This document shows, piece by piece, positions 25,320-33,639 of a stretch of 64,000 nt of DNA. The position numbers and the translations under genes were made by a program. Under the pieces are notes generated by a model. It searched no databases. It was given only the letters and a program-made list of their open reading frames with translations, and was not told the DNA's origin. The stretch's first letter is position 1. Every line of letters begins with the position of its first letter. Source of the stretch: an uncultured delta proteobacterium. Its GTDB lineage: Bacteria; Myxococcota_A; UBA9160; SMWR01. The stretch lies in contig CAWHTE010000002.1 of NCBI GenBank assembly GCA_963832165.1, forward strand, positions 160,001-224,000, read 5' to 3'.

Positions 25320-25335
25320 GGGAGGATCACAGACC

Positions 25336-26715
25336 GTGTCGGATCGAGACGCCGCGCTGTCGGGGGACGAAGGCCGAATCGGGGACTTTGCAGCCGAGAG
25401 CGCCCCGGCCTGGGATGGCGAGCCCCTGGAGAAACCCGTGAAGCGCAGGGCTGCGGCAACGCCCGCGCGGCTGCGCAGCTCCGGCGCCATGCTCGACGCG
25501 CGCCAGCTCTACATGAACCAGATCCAGGACGTTCCGGTCCTGAGTCGCGAAGCGATCGCGGTGATCTCCGATCGCATCCGCGAGCAGCAGGTGGTGTTCG
25601 AAGATTCGCTGCTCGCGATCCCGGGCGCGGCGAAGCGGGTGGTCGCGGAGTGGGATTCGCGGCGCTCGCGCGGGCTCGTAACCGCCGTGCTATGCCGGCA
25701 CGCGCGCGACGGCAGCCGGCGCGATTGGGGCAAGCACATCGACGCCCACCTCGTGCGCGCGCAGCAGCAGCTCGCGCGAAACCCGGTGTCGTACGCGCGC
25801 GTCGCGGAGACGCTGAAAGCGGCACAGCTCGCGTTCGACCTCCTGGTCGAGATCCACACGGAGCTGGTCGCTGCCGCCAAGCCGGACGCCAACCGTTCTG
25901 AGCGGCGCCGGCTCGGATTGGACAGCGCGACGGCACGCCGCCGCCTCGCGTGCGCGGAGCGCGCACTTGCCGAGTACCACCGGAACGTGCAGACGTTCGC
26001 GCAACACAACCTGCGGCTGGTCGCGAAGTGCGCGCATCGCTACCGCGGCCTCGGCCTGTCGTTCATGGATCTGGTGCAGGAGGGGAATCTCGGCTTGATC
26101 CGCGCGATCGAGAAATTCGAGCCCGAGCGCGGCTTCATGTTCTCCACCTATGCAGTGTGGTGGATCCAGCAGGCGATGATCCGCGCGGTCCAGAATCAGC
26201 GCCGCACCGTGCGCGTTCCCTCGCACGTCTGCGAGCAGCAGATCCGGCTGCGGCGAATCGAGAGCGAGATGTCGCGGCGGCTCGGGCGCGATCCGACGGG
26301 CGAGGAGCTCGCGCCGAAGATGGGGCTCTCCCCCGACGCCGTCGACGAGCTCGCGGCGACACTGGCTCCGATCCGCTCGCTCAACGCGCCCGCGCCGGGA
26401 CTCGAAGACGTCGAGCTCGCGGACCTGATCCGCGACGAGACGGTCACCGACCCCACCCTCGCGCTCGAGCGCGGCGAACAGTCCGCGGCGCTCGCGGGTC
26501 TGCTCGATTCACTGCCCCCGCGCGAGCGACAGGTGATCGATTGGCGCTTCGGCCTCTCCGGCGGCGACGAGCCGTCGACGCTCGGAGAGATCGGCGCGCG
26601 ACTCGGTCTGTCGCGCGAACGCGTGCGTCAGATCGAGGCGGCTGCGCTGTCGCGACTGCGCGCTACCGCGGGCCCGAACCGCACGCCTTTGGGCCCCTTC
26701 GACGACGCCGCCTGA
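25336..26715 (+). CDS. Sigma-70 family RNA polymerase sigma factor (RpoD/RpoS-like alternative sigma)
   Basis: Region 1.2 LYMNQI..VPVLS; region 2 NLRLV...[33 protein letters not shown]; region 4 [26 protein letters not shown] at 25321. Confidence 0.93.
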   Translation: MSDRDAALSGDEGRIGDFAAESAPAWDGEPLEKPVKRRAAATPARLRSSGAMLDARQLYMNQIQDVPVLSREAIAVISDRIREQQVVFEDSLLAIPGAAKRVVAEWDSRRSRGLVTAVLCRHARDGSRRDWGKHIDAHLVRAQQQLARNPVSYARVAETLKAAQLAFDLLVEIHTELVAAAKPDANRSERRRLGLDSATARRRLACAERALAEYHRNVQTFAQHNLRLVAKCAHRYRGLGLSFMDLVQEGNLGLIRAIEKFEPERGFMFSTYAVWWIQQAMIRAVQNQRRTVRVPSHVCEQQIRLRRIESEMSRRLGRDPTGEELAPKMGLSPDAVDELAATLAPIRSLNAPAPGLEDVELADLIRDETVTDPTLALERGEQSAALAGLLDSLPPRERQVIDWRFGLSGGDEPSTLGEIGARLGLSRERVRQIEAAALSRLRATAGPNRTPLGPFDDAA

Positions 26716-27197
26716 GCTCGGCAGCGCTGCTCGTGAGCGAGCAGCCAGCGCTTGCCCTCGAGCCCGCCGGCGTAGCCGACCAGGCTTCCGTTGGCGCCGA
26801 TCACGCGATGACACGGGATCGCGATCGCGATCGGGTTGCGTCGATTCGCGTCCCCGACCGCGCGCGCGGCTCCGCTCGATCCGACCCGCCGCGCGATCTC
26901 GCCGTAGCTCGCCGTGGCTCCGAGCGGGATCTCGCGCAGCGCGCGCCACACGCGGCGCTGGAACTCGCTGCCGCTCGGATCGAGCGGCAGCGACGCGAGC
27001 GCTTCGGTGGAGCCCGCGAAGTAGTCCGCGAACGCCGCGCGGGCCTGCTCGAGCACGCGCTGCGCAGCGCGGCTCGGCGCATCGCTGTGGGGCGACGACT
27101 CGATGCGCGCGGGTGAGACCCGCACCAGGGCGACCTCGCTCGCGACCAGCGCGTACCGGCCGAGCGGTGTGTCGATCGAAGTGGCGACGAAATGCAT
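26628..27197 (-). CDS. ogt: Methylated-DNA--protein-cysteine methyltransferase
   Basis: SYGEIA, ARAVG, active-site [28 protein letters not shown]. Confidence 0.93.
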   Translation of the reverse strand: MHFVATSIDTPLGRYALVASEVALVRVSPARIESSPHSDAPSRAAQRVLEQARAAFADYFAGSTEALASLPLDPSGSEFQRRVWRALREIPLGATASYGEIARRVGSSGAARAVGDANRRNPIAIAIPCHRVIGANGSLVGYAGGLEGKRWLLAHEQRCRAQAASSKGPKGVRFGPAVARSRDSAAASI

Positions 27198-27298
27198 CGG
27201 ATCCTCCTGCGCGATGTGAGGGGCGCCGGAGACGAGGATCGCGCGAGGCGAGCCGCGTGCTGGCGATTTTCGGACGCGGCAGGGCGGATCAGCGAGGG

Positions 27299-27895
27299 CT
27301 AAGGCACCTCGGCGCGTGCGACGAATCCGCGTAGCGCCTCGATCAGCGCATCGAACTCGAGCCGGTGCGCAGTCGGCAGCGCGTCGCAAAGCAGTGCGTG
27401 CGCAGATTCGTAGTACCAGCGAGTTCGCTCGGGACTCGCCGTGAATCGCTCGAGCACGCCGGGGCCCTCGCTGCGCAGATCCGCGATCAGCGTGCGCAGG
27501 TTGTGCAGCTTGTCGCACGCTGCGACGAGTCGGGCTCGCGGGCCCGCCGACGCGAGCTGCGCGAGGTAGCGCTTCTTGCGATCGCCCCAGGCCGACTTGC
27601 GCTTTCGGGTGTCGCCCGGAAGCAAGTCGGTGCACGCGGCCACGATCGCGGCGACCTCGCTGCCGAACTGCGCGCGCAGCCGGTCTTCGTCTACGCCCTC
27701 GCCGTCCTCGAGCGTGTCGTGCAGCAGCGCAGCGACGGCCTGCTCGACGTCGCCCCCGGCTTCGAACACGAGGCCCGCCACCGCCAGCAGATGGCTCCCG
27801 TAGGGCACGTCCGTGCCCTTGCGGGTCTGATTGCCGTGCACCGTCAGCGCGAAGTCGAGCGCTTCCACGAGGCGGCGTCGATCGGTTTCCTGCAC
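27299..27895 (-). CDS. HD-domain protein, RelA/SpoT hydrolase-like (small alarmone hydrolase / Mesh1-like)
   Basis: HGNQTRKG..VPYGSH, AALLHDTLED, DKLHNLR; no synthetase domain. Confidence 0.85.
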   Translation of the reverse strand: MQETDRRRLVEALDFALTVHGNQTRKGTDVPYGSHLLAVAGLVFEAGGDVEQAVAALLHDTLEDGEGVDEDRLRAQFGSEVAAIVAACTDLLPGDTRKRKSAWGDRKKRYLAQLASAGPRARLVAACDKLHNLRTLIADLRSEGPGVLERFTASPERTRWYYESAHALLCDALPTAHRLEFDALIEALRGFVARAEVP

Positions 27896-28030
27896 GCCCT
27901 CCCTCCTCGGTCGCTCGCGGGTGCCTCCCGATGGCCCCGCGCGAATGTGATAGCTTTCGCGCGGATCGCTGGCCTCCCTCACCCCGAGATTGTCACAGCG
28001 CGCCTGCGCAAACGTGCGGAGCATTGCCGA

Positions 28031-29089
28031 TTGAGCCATCCGCTAGTCGCGCTCGCCCATGACAAGGCCGTCCGCCAGGCCGCGGAGTTCCGCGACGCCG
28101 CGGCGCAGCTGACACCGGATCGGCTCGCGGAGATCTACGCGGGGGAGCGCGCCGCCGCGCCGAGCGTGCACGAGGCCGGGCGCACCTACTTCGTCGACCG
28201 TTCCGGCAAGCCCGCGACCGAGCGGCGCAAGAACCGCGACGAAGAACACCTCGGTGCGGCGCTCGTGCGCGCCGCAGGCGACGCGGGACTCGAGCTACCC
28301 GACATGGCGGAGCGCCTGCGCCTGCTCGACTACCAGGTGCGCGCCAAGATCGGTCCGGTCGACGAGCCGGCCACGAAGGGCATCTCCCGCTTCGATCTCC
28401 TGGGCATCGGCCCCGGCGATCGGCTCGCGGTGATCCAGATGCGCTACCTCGAGCCCGCCGCGACGCGGTGTCACATCGGCGACACACCCCTGCGTGTGCT
28501 GATCGAGGGCCTCACCTACTGCGCGATCGCCGAGGCGAATCGCGCCGCGCTTGGGCAGGAGATCCTCGAGCGCTTCGGCCGCACCGTCGCGAGCGAGCCG
28601 CCGATCCTGTTCGTGATCGCGAGCACCCGCTACTGGGAGCTGTGCCGCAAGCGATCGACCCAGAAGGGAGCGGCGTGGATCCGCGAGCTCGAACGGATCG
28701 CCGCGGAGGCACCCGCCGCGATCGGCGTCCCGGTGCACTACCTCGCGCTGCGGCTCGACGGCAGCCCGGGCTGGAACTACGGCGAGGATGGACCCGTGCT
28801 GAGCGGCAATGCGCGCCTGCTGCCGGCGTGGGAGCCGAGCGCGGGGCGCGTGCGCCCGAAGCCGAAGTCGCGACCGCGCGTGCGCACCGAGCCGGTCGAG
28901 CAGGTGGTCGAAGGCGATATGTCGCGGCCCGTGCGCACCTACAGCCTGAGCGACAGCTACCGCGCGGGCGATCGGATTGCGCACCCGAAACTTGGAACGG
29001 GCGTCGTGCAGGGCACCGCGGGGCCGGGCAAGATCCGCGTGCGCTTCGACGAGCGCCAGAGCGTGCTCGTGCACGAGCGTTCGGCCTAG
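28031..29089 (+). CDS. Hypothetical protein: PD-(D/E)xK-like fold plus C-terminal PcrA/UvrD-type Tudor domain
   Basis: FDLLGIGPGDRLAVIQMRY...GDTPLRVLIEGLTY; C-terminal YRAGDRIAHPKLGTGVV...KIRVRF. The TTG start is a guess. Confidence 0.7.
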   Translation: MSHPLVALAHDKAVRQAAEFRDAAAQLTPDRLAEIYAGERAAAPSVHEAGRTYFVDRSGKPATERRKNRDEEHLGAALVRAAGDAGLELPDMAERLRLLDYQVRAKIGPVDEPATKGISRFDLLGIGPGDRLAVIQMRYLEPAATRCHIGDTPLRVLIEGLTYCAIAEANRAALGQEILERFGRTVASEPPILFVIASTRYWELCRKRSTQKGAAWIRELERIAAEAPAAIGVPVHYLALRLDGSPGWNYGEDGPVLSGNARLLPAWEPSAGRVRPKPKSRPRVRTEPVEQVVEGDMSRPVRTYSLSDSYRAGDRIAHPKLGTGVVQGTAGPGKIRVRFDERQSVLVHERSA

Positions 29090-29249
29090 CGAGCGCAGCC
29101 TGACGCGTCGCCGCCTACAAATTCGAGCACCTAACGATCGCCAATAAGGGAAACCGGATTCCACGCGACCTCGATCCGGTATTCCGGCTCAGCGCGATTA
29201 AGTGCTTGTTTCTAATGGTTCGTTCGAGTGATGATTCGCCGGACGACGC

Positions 29250-29264
29250 TGGCACGCAGCTTGC
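29250..29264 (+). promoter_or_regulatory. Sigma54 (-24/-12) promoter
   Basis: TGGCAC-GCAGC-TTGC, an exact consensus, preceded by an AT-rich tract, about 90 bp before a PEP-CTERM gene. Confidence 0.8.
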
Positions 29265-29353
29265 GTTGGGCGTTTGGAACCAGGAAGGGGAGCGCGGTTC
29301 GGCCAAGCTGCCGGTCGTGATGCTCTCACCCCAGAACTTCGGGAGAGCAAGCT

Positions 29354-30181
29354 GTGCTGAACCGCTGTCGGACTCTGGCTGCCGCATCGCTCGTCGCCTT
29401 GGCCACTGCGCCGTCTCAAGCGCTCGTGATCGACAATTTCGAGGAGGGAACCGTTCTCCCGGTCATCGATACGGGACTGAACGACTTTCTCAATACGATC
29501 CCGATCATCCCGGTGACCAACCCAGTGGGGGCCCAGACCGAGGTGTCCGGTCTCTCGACGGCGAACGTGGCTGGCGGGGTCCGGATCGTCGGAGCCGTCG
29601 CCACGACCGACCTGCTGGATCTGCCGGTCGATCCCTCGGACATCACCGGTCCGCTGCCGATCGCCCTGCCGACGGCCGTCCCGGGAACGGCCAGCGCGTC
29701 GCTCTTGCTTCCCCTGCCCGGACTCCCCGACGACGGACTCACGATGACCGCGCTCGGGGGAGCGGCGTTCCGGCTCATCTACGACGGACTCCCCGGTGGG
29801 AACACCGGATCGGGAATCAACGGCAACCTGAACCTGAATCTGTCGTTCTTCGACCACATCGAGCTCACGGCGCTCGCCGTCGTCACGGGCGTGCCGACTG
29901 AGATCCCCCAGATCCGCTTGACGCTGTCGGACTCGGTGCGCACCCGGAGCGGGTTGTTCGTAAACGTCGCCGAGGGCGTGAACATCCTCCCGATGAACAT
30001 CAACGCCTTCAATCTGATCGACAAGACCGACATCCAGCAGATCCTGATCGACATCCGCGGCATCACCACCACGTCGACCTTCCAGCTGATGCACATCGAA
30101 GCGGTTCCGGAGCCGAGCACGGCGCTGCTGGTCGCAGTGGGTCTGGTGGGATTGGCCGCGCGCCGCCGATCGGCGCGTTAG
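29354..30181 (+). CDS. PEP-CTERM sorting domain protein
   Basis: Signal peptide, low-complexity Thr/Gly/Pro/Asn/Ile body, C-terminal VPEPSTALLVAVGLVGLAARRR. Confidence 0.92.
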   Translation: MLNRCRTLAAASLVALATAPSQALVIDNFEEGTVLPVIDTGLNDFLNTIPIIPVTNPVGAQTEVSGLSTANVAGGVRIVGAVATTDLLDLPVDPSDITGPLPIALPTAVPGTASASLLLPLPGLPDDGLTMTALGGAAFRLIYDGLPGGNTGSGINGNLNLNLSFFDHIELTALAVVTGVPTEIPQIRLTLSDSVRTRSGLFVNVAEGVNILPMNINAFNLIDKTDIQQILIDIRGITTTSTFQLMHIEAVPEPSTALLVAVGLVGLAARRRSAR

Positions 30182-30194
30182 CCCCGACGCGCAT

Positions 30195-31685
30195 CTAACG
30201 CCTTAGGACTCCGCGGTTCCTGCCGACCTGGACGGGTGTGCCCGGTCGGCGCGGGTCGTAGAGCACGAAGTCGGTGAGCCGATCGCCGTCGATGTCGCCG
30301 AAGCGGATGCGCCCGCCCGTGTCGAGCGGCTGGCTCGCGTCGAGCTTCTCGTAGCCGGGCCTGTCCCGGCCGAGCCGCACCTCGAGGCGGTCACCCGCGC
30401 CCGAGCCCAGCAGGTCCTTGATCCCGTCGCCGTTCAGGTCGACCTCGAGCGTGGGCACGAAGCCGATCGAGCGGAACGTGTCGAAGCTGAACGGCACGCC
30501 GAGCTTCCAGCGATGCCACGGCTTGGCGTCGAACGGGGAGTGCTCGCCGAAGCGGTAGATCGACACCTCGGCGTCGATCTCGCGCGTCACGAGGATCTCG
30601 ACCACCTCGAGCACGCCCGCGGGAACGCGTGCCTCGATCAGCTCGACGCGTCCGTCGCCGTCGAGATCGATCACCGCGTTGCCCGAGAGCCCGCCCTCGG
30701 CGCGGATCTGCTGGTCGGGCTTGGCGAGATTCCAGCTGCCGCCCCGGTTCAGGTGGATCGACGCCGTGGTCGGCGCGGAGAACGAGAACACGCTGCCCAC
30801 CAGGTGCGAGATCAGGAGATCGAGGCGGTGATCGCCATCGAGGTCGATGGCGTCGACGCGCACGATCCCCGAATTGCGGATGTGGTCTTCTTTCGCGAGC
30901 AGACCGAGCGCGACCTGGCGCGTCGCGCGCTGCGGGAAGTGGCCCTGCGCGTCCTGCAGGAACACGCGCAGCTCGTGGCGATTCGAGCTCACGATGTCGC
31001 CGCGTCCGTCGCCGTCGACGTCGCCCACCGACAAGCGCGGGTGATCGAAGAAGATCTGCACCTCGCTCTCCGCGACGAGAGGTCCGGGACGCCGGGGTGT
31101 GTAGTAATTGGCGCGCGCGCCCACGTCGAGCTTGCCGACCACCTCGCCCGAGGGCGTGAGTACCGTGACGGTGCCGAAGCCGGGCACGAGCAGGCGCGGT
31201 GCGTCCGCGAGGCCGTCGCGCGCGATCCTGAGCCGGTCGATGCCGCGCTCGTCGGTGATCACCCCGATCGTGGGCGCGGGCCCGACCGCGAGATCGCGCG
31301 ACGAGAGCTCGCGGCCCGACAGCGACAGCAGCGTGACGCGGTCGCTCCGCAGAAGCATCAGCTCGGCACCGGGGCGCTCGTCGAGCTCCGAGAGGTCGTA
31401 CGCGGCGGATCCGCTCGGCAGCCGCGTACTCCAGTCGGGCTCGGCGGCGTACGTGCCATCCGGCCGCTGGTAGAACACGTGCAGCGTGCGCCGCTCCTCG
31501 GGCGGCATCCCATCGATGCGCGTGCACAAGAGATCGCCGCGCGCGTCGCCGTCGAGGTCGACGAGGTCCGCCTGCACCACGCGTGCGCCGAGCGCGAACT
31601 TCTGGATCGCGAACGGATCCTCCGCCGCCGCGGGCAGGGCGAGCGCCGCGCTGATCGCCGCGGCCGCGCACAGCCGGCCGATCAT
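30195..31685 (-). CDS. Secreted FG-GAP/VCBS repeat protein
   Basis: Signal peptide and repeated DLDGDxRxDL Ca-binding motifs. ATGA overlap with the upstream gene. Confidence 0.85.
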   Translation of the reverse strand: MIGRLCAAAAISAALALPAAAEDPFAIQKFALGARVVQADLVDLDGDARGDLLCTRIDGMPPEERRTLHVFYQRPDGTYAAEPDWSTRLPSGSAAYDLSELDERPGAELMLLRSDRVTLLSLSGRELSSRDLAVGPAPTIGVITDERGIDRLRIARDGLADAPRLLVPGFGTVTVLTPSGEVVGKLDVGARANYYTPRRPGPLVAESEVQIFFDHPRLSVGDVDGDGRGDIVSSNRHELRVFLQDAQGHFPQRATRQVALGLLAKEDHIRNSGIVRVDAIDLDGDHRLDLLISHLVGSVFSFSAPTTASIHLNRGGSWNLAKPDQQIRAEGGLSGNAVIDLDGDGRVELIEARVPAGVLEVVEILVTREIDAEVSIYRFGEHSPFDAKPWHRWKLGVPFSFDTFRSIGFVPTLEVDLNGDGIKDLLGSGAGDRLEVRLGRDRPGYEKLDASQPLDTGGRIRFGDIDGDRLTDFVLYDPRRPGTPVQVGRNRGVLRR

Positions 31686-32737
31686 CGATCTTCCGGCGGC
31701 AGCCACACCTCGCCGATCGCGAGCGAGCGCACGCGCTCCGGGTCGAGGTGCTCCCGCCCGACGATCTCCGCGAGCTCGCGCGGCGGCAGGTCGGCAGGCT
31801 CGTCGGTGAGATCGAAGGTGCCCCAATGCATCGCGAGCATCGCGCGTGCGCGCAGGTCGCGGTAGGCCTGCACGGCCTCGGCCGGATCCATGTGCTGCCA
31901 ACGCATGAACCAGCGCGGCGCATACGCGCCGATCGGGAGCAGCGCGACGTCGATCGGCCCGAAGCGGCGGCCGAACTCGGCGAAGCCGTGGAAATAGCCC
32001 GTGTCGCCCGCGAAGAAGTAGCGGCGCGCGCCGGAGTCGATCAGCCACGTGCACCAGAGCGATTCGTTGGTTCCGAGATCCGCACGGCGCGACCAGTGCT
32101 GCGACGGCAGGCAGGTGATCGTCCAGCGGCCGCGTTGCGCGCTCTGCCACCAGTCGAGCTCGACGACGTTGGGGCGCTCCCGGTCGCGGAACCAGTCCGC
32201 GAGCCCGAGCGGCACGAACCACTGGACGGTCGCGGGCAGCGCGTCGACGGTGTAGGCGTCGAGGTGGTCGTAGTGGCTGTGGGAGATCACCGCGAACGCG
32301 TCGGGCGGGACCGCCTCGATCGGAACGCCGGGGGGTACGAGCCGCGCCGGGATCAGCGCGCGCGGGCCGAAGTGCGGATCGGTGAGGATCACGTCGGGGC
32401 CGTCGTGGATCGCGAAGGTCGCGTGCCCCACCCAGGTGAAGCTCGCGCTGTGCTCGACCCCGGCGAGGCCGCGGCCGTCGTTCGCGGCGATCGGAACGAC
32501 CGGCGCGCGGCTCTTGTCGTAGGGATTGCGCGAGAACAGCTGCCAGCGCAGGAAGCCCCAGACCGACTTCGGGTCGCTCGACCACGGCGTGAAGAAGCCC
32601 GCGTCTCGATCGCCGTGGGGCGCGTAGAGGGAGCGGGCGTTCTCGGGCGCGTCTTCGGGGGCATCCGCGGTGCGCACCGGGAATGCTGCGAGCAGCGCGA
32701 ACCCCACGGCGGCGCAGGCAAACAGCGAACGCTTCAC
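31682..32737 (-). CDS. MBL-fold metallo-hydrolase (NAPE-PLD/RomA-like), secreted
   Basis: TWVGHAT, LTDP, ISHSHYDHLD, QHWS, FAGDTGY, PIGAYAPRWFM, MHWGTF. Confidence 0.9.
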   Translation of the reverse strand: MKRSLFACAAVGFALLAAFPVRTADAPEDAPENARSLYAPHGDRDAGFFTPWSSDPKSVWGFLRWQLFSRNPYDKSRAPVVPIAANDGRGLAGVEHSASFTWVGHATFAIHDGPDVILTDPHFGPRALIPARLVPPGVPIEAVPPDAFAVISHSHYDHLDAYTVDALPATVQWFVPLGLADWFRDRERPNVVELDWWQSAQRGRWTITCLPSQHWSRRADLGTNESLWCTWLIDSGARRYFFAGDTGYFHGFAEFGRRFGPIDVALLPIGAYAPRWFMRWQHMDPAEAVQAYRDLRARAMLAMHWGTFDLTDEPADLPPRELAEIVGREHLDPERVRSLAIGEVWLPPEDR

Positions 32738-32831
32738 TCCATCTCCACGGACGCGGTGCGGTACATACGGTATCCGGCCCGCGCGCGAGCGTCTTCTCGA
32801 ACGGGCCGGGTACACTCGCGAGCCCGCTTGG

Positions 32832-32870
32832 TGGTCTTCGCTCGCCTGCGGCTCGCTGCGCGCAACTTGC
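32832..32870 (-). repeat. GNA mini-hairpin element, full 39-bp copy abutting the HAD gene RBS
   Basis: 37/39 identical to 46788-46826. Confidence 0.9.
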
Positions 32871-32880
32871 GGAGGTCACA

Positions 32881-33639
32881 GTGCCGATTCGCGCCATCGT
32901 CTTCGATCTGTTCGACACGCTCGTCGACCTGCGCTGGGAGCGCCTGCCGGTCACCGAACACCGCGGGAAGAAGCTGCCCGCGTCGACGCCGGAGCTCCAC
33001 GAGCGTGTGCGCGGCCGCTGCGCCGTCGATCTCGACACGTTCGTGGATGCGATGGTGCAGGGCGATCGCGACTTCGCCGAGTCGCACTACAAGCACGACC
33101 GCGAGGTGCCGACCGAGCTCCGGATGGGAGCCGTGTTGCGCCGGCTGGGGGTCGAGGATCCCGCCCTCGCGCGCGAGCTCACGCTGCTACACATGAATGT
33201 GGTGCGCAGCGGGGTCGAGCTCGTGGCGCACCACGGTGCCGTGCTCGACCGCCTGCGCCAGAACCGGCGCCTCGGGCTGTGCTCGAACTTCAGCCACTCG
33301 GAGACGGCGCTCGCGGTGCTCGAGGACGCCGAGCTCCGCCACCGACTCGATCCGGACGCGCTCGTCGTCTCCGATGCGTTCGGCCTGCGCAAGCCGCGCG
33401 CCGAGATCTTCGCGGAGGTGGTCGCGCGGCTCGGCGCCGCGCCCGAAGAGACGCTCCACATCGGCGATAGTCTGCGCGCCGACGTGGGCGGCGCGGCGAG
33501 CGCGGGTCTGCGCACGGCCTGGATCACGCGGCGCGTCGCCGACCCGAAATCCGCACTCGCCGAGCACGAAGGCCCGCGTCCGGATCACGTGATCGGCGAT
33601 CTCGCGGAGCTGCCCGACCTCTTGACTCAGTTGGGCTGA
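32881..33639 (+). CDS. HAD family hydrolase
   Basis: FDLFDTL, CSN, KP..EIF, HIGDSLRADV. RBS GGAGG. Confidence 0.9.
   Translation: MPIRAIVFDLFDTLVDLRWERLPVTEHRGKKLPASTPELHERVRGRCAVDLDTFVDAMVQGDRDFAESHYKHDREVPTELRMGAVLRRLGVEDPALARELTLLHMNVVRSGVELVAHHGAVLDRLRQNRRLGLCSNFSHSETALAVLEDAELRHRLDPDALVVSDAFGLRKPRAEIFAEVVARLGAAPEETLHIGDSLRADVGGAASAGLRTAWITRRVADPKSALAEHEGPRPDHVIGDLAELPDLLTQLG

Noticed and set aside
25117..25335. Glycine riboswitch upstream of gcvP
   Set aside because: No recognisable aptamer consensus on the minus strand. gcvP separated from gcvT/gcvH is not unusual.
26628..26715. 88-bp convergent overlap of ogt and the sigma factor
   Set aside because: It is a non-conserved tail beyond the Ogt domain; stop-codon drift is common at high GC.
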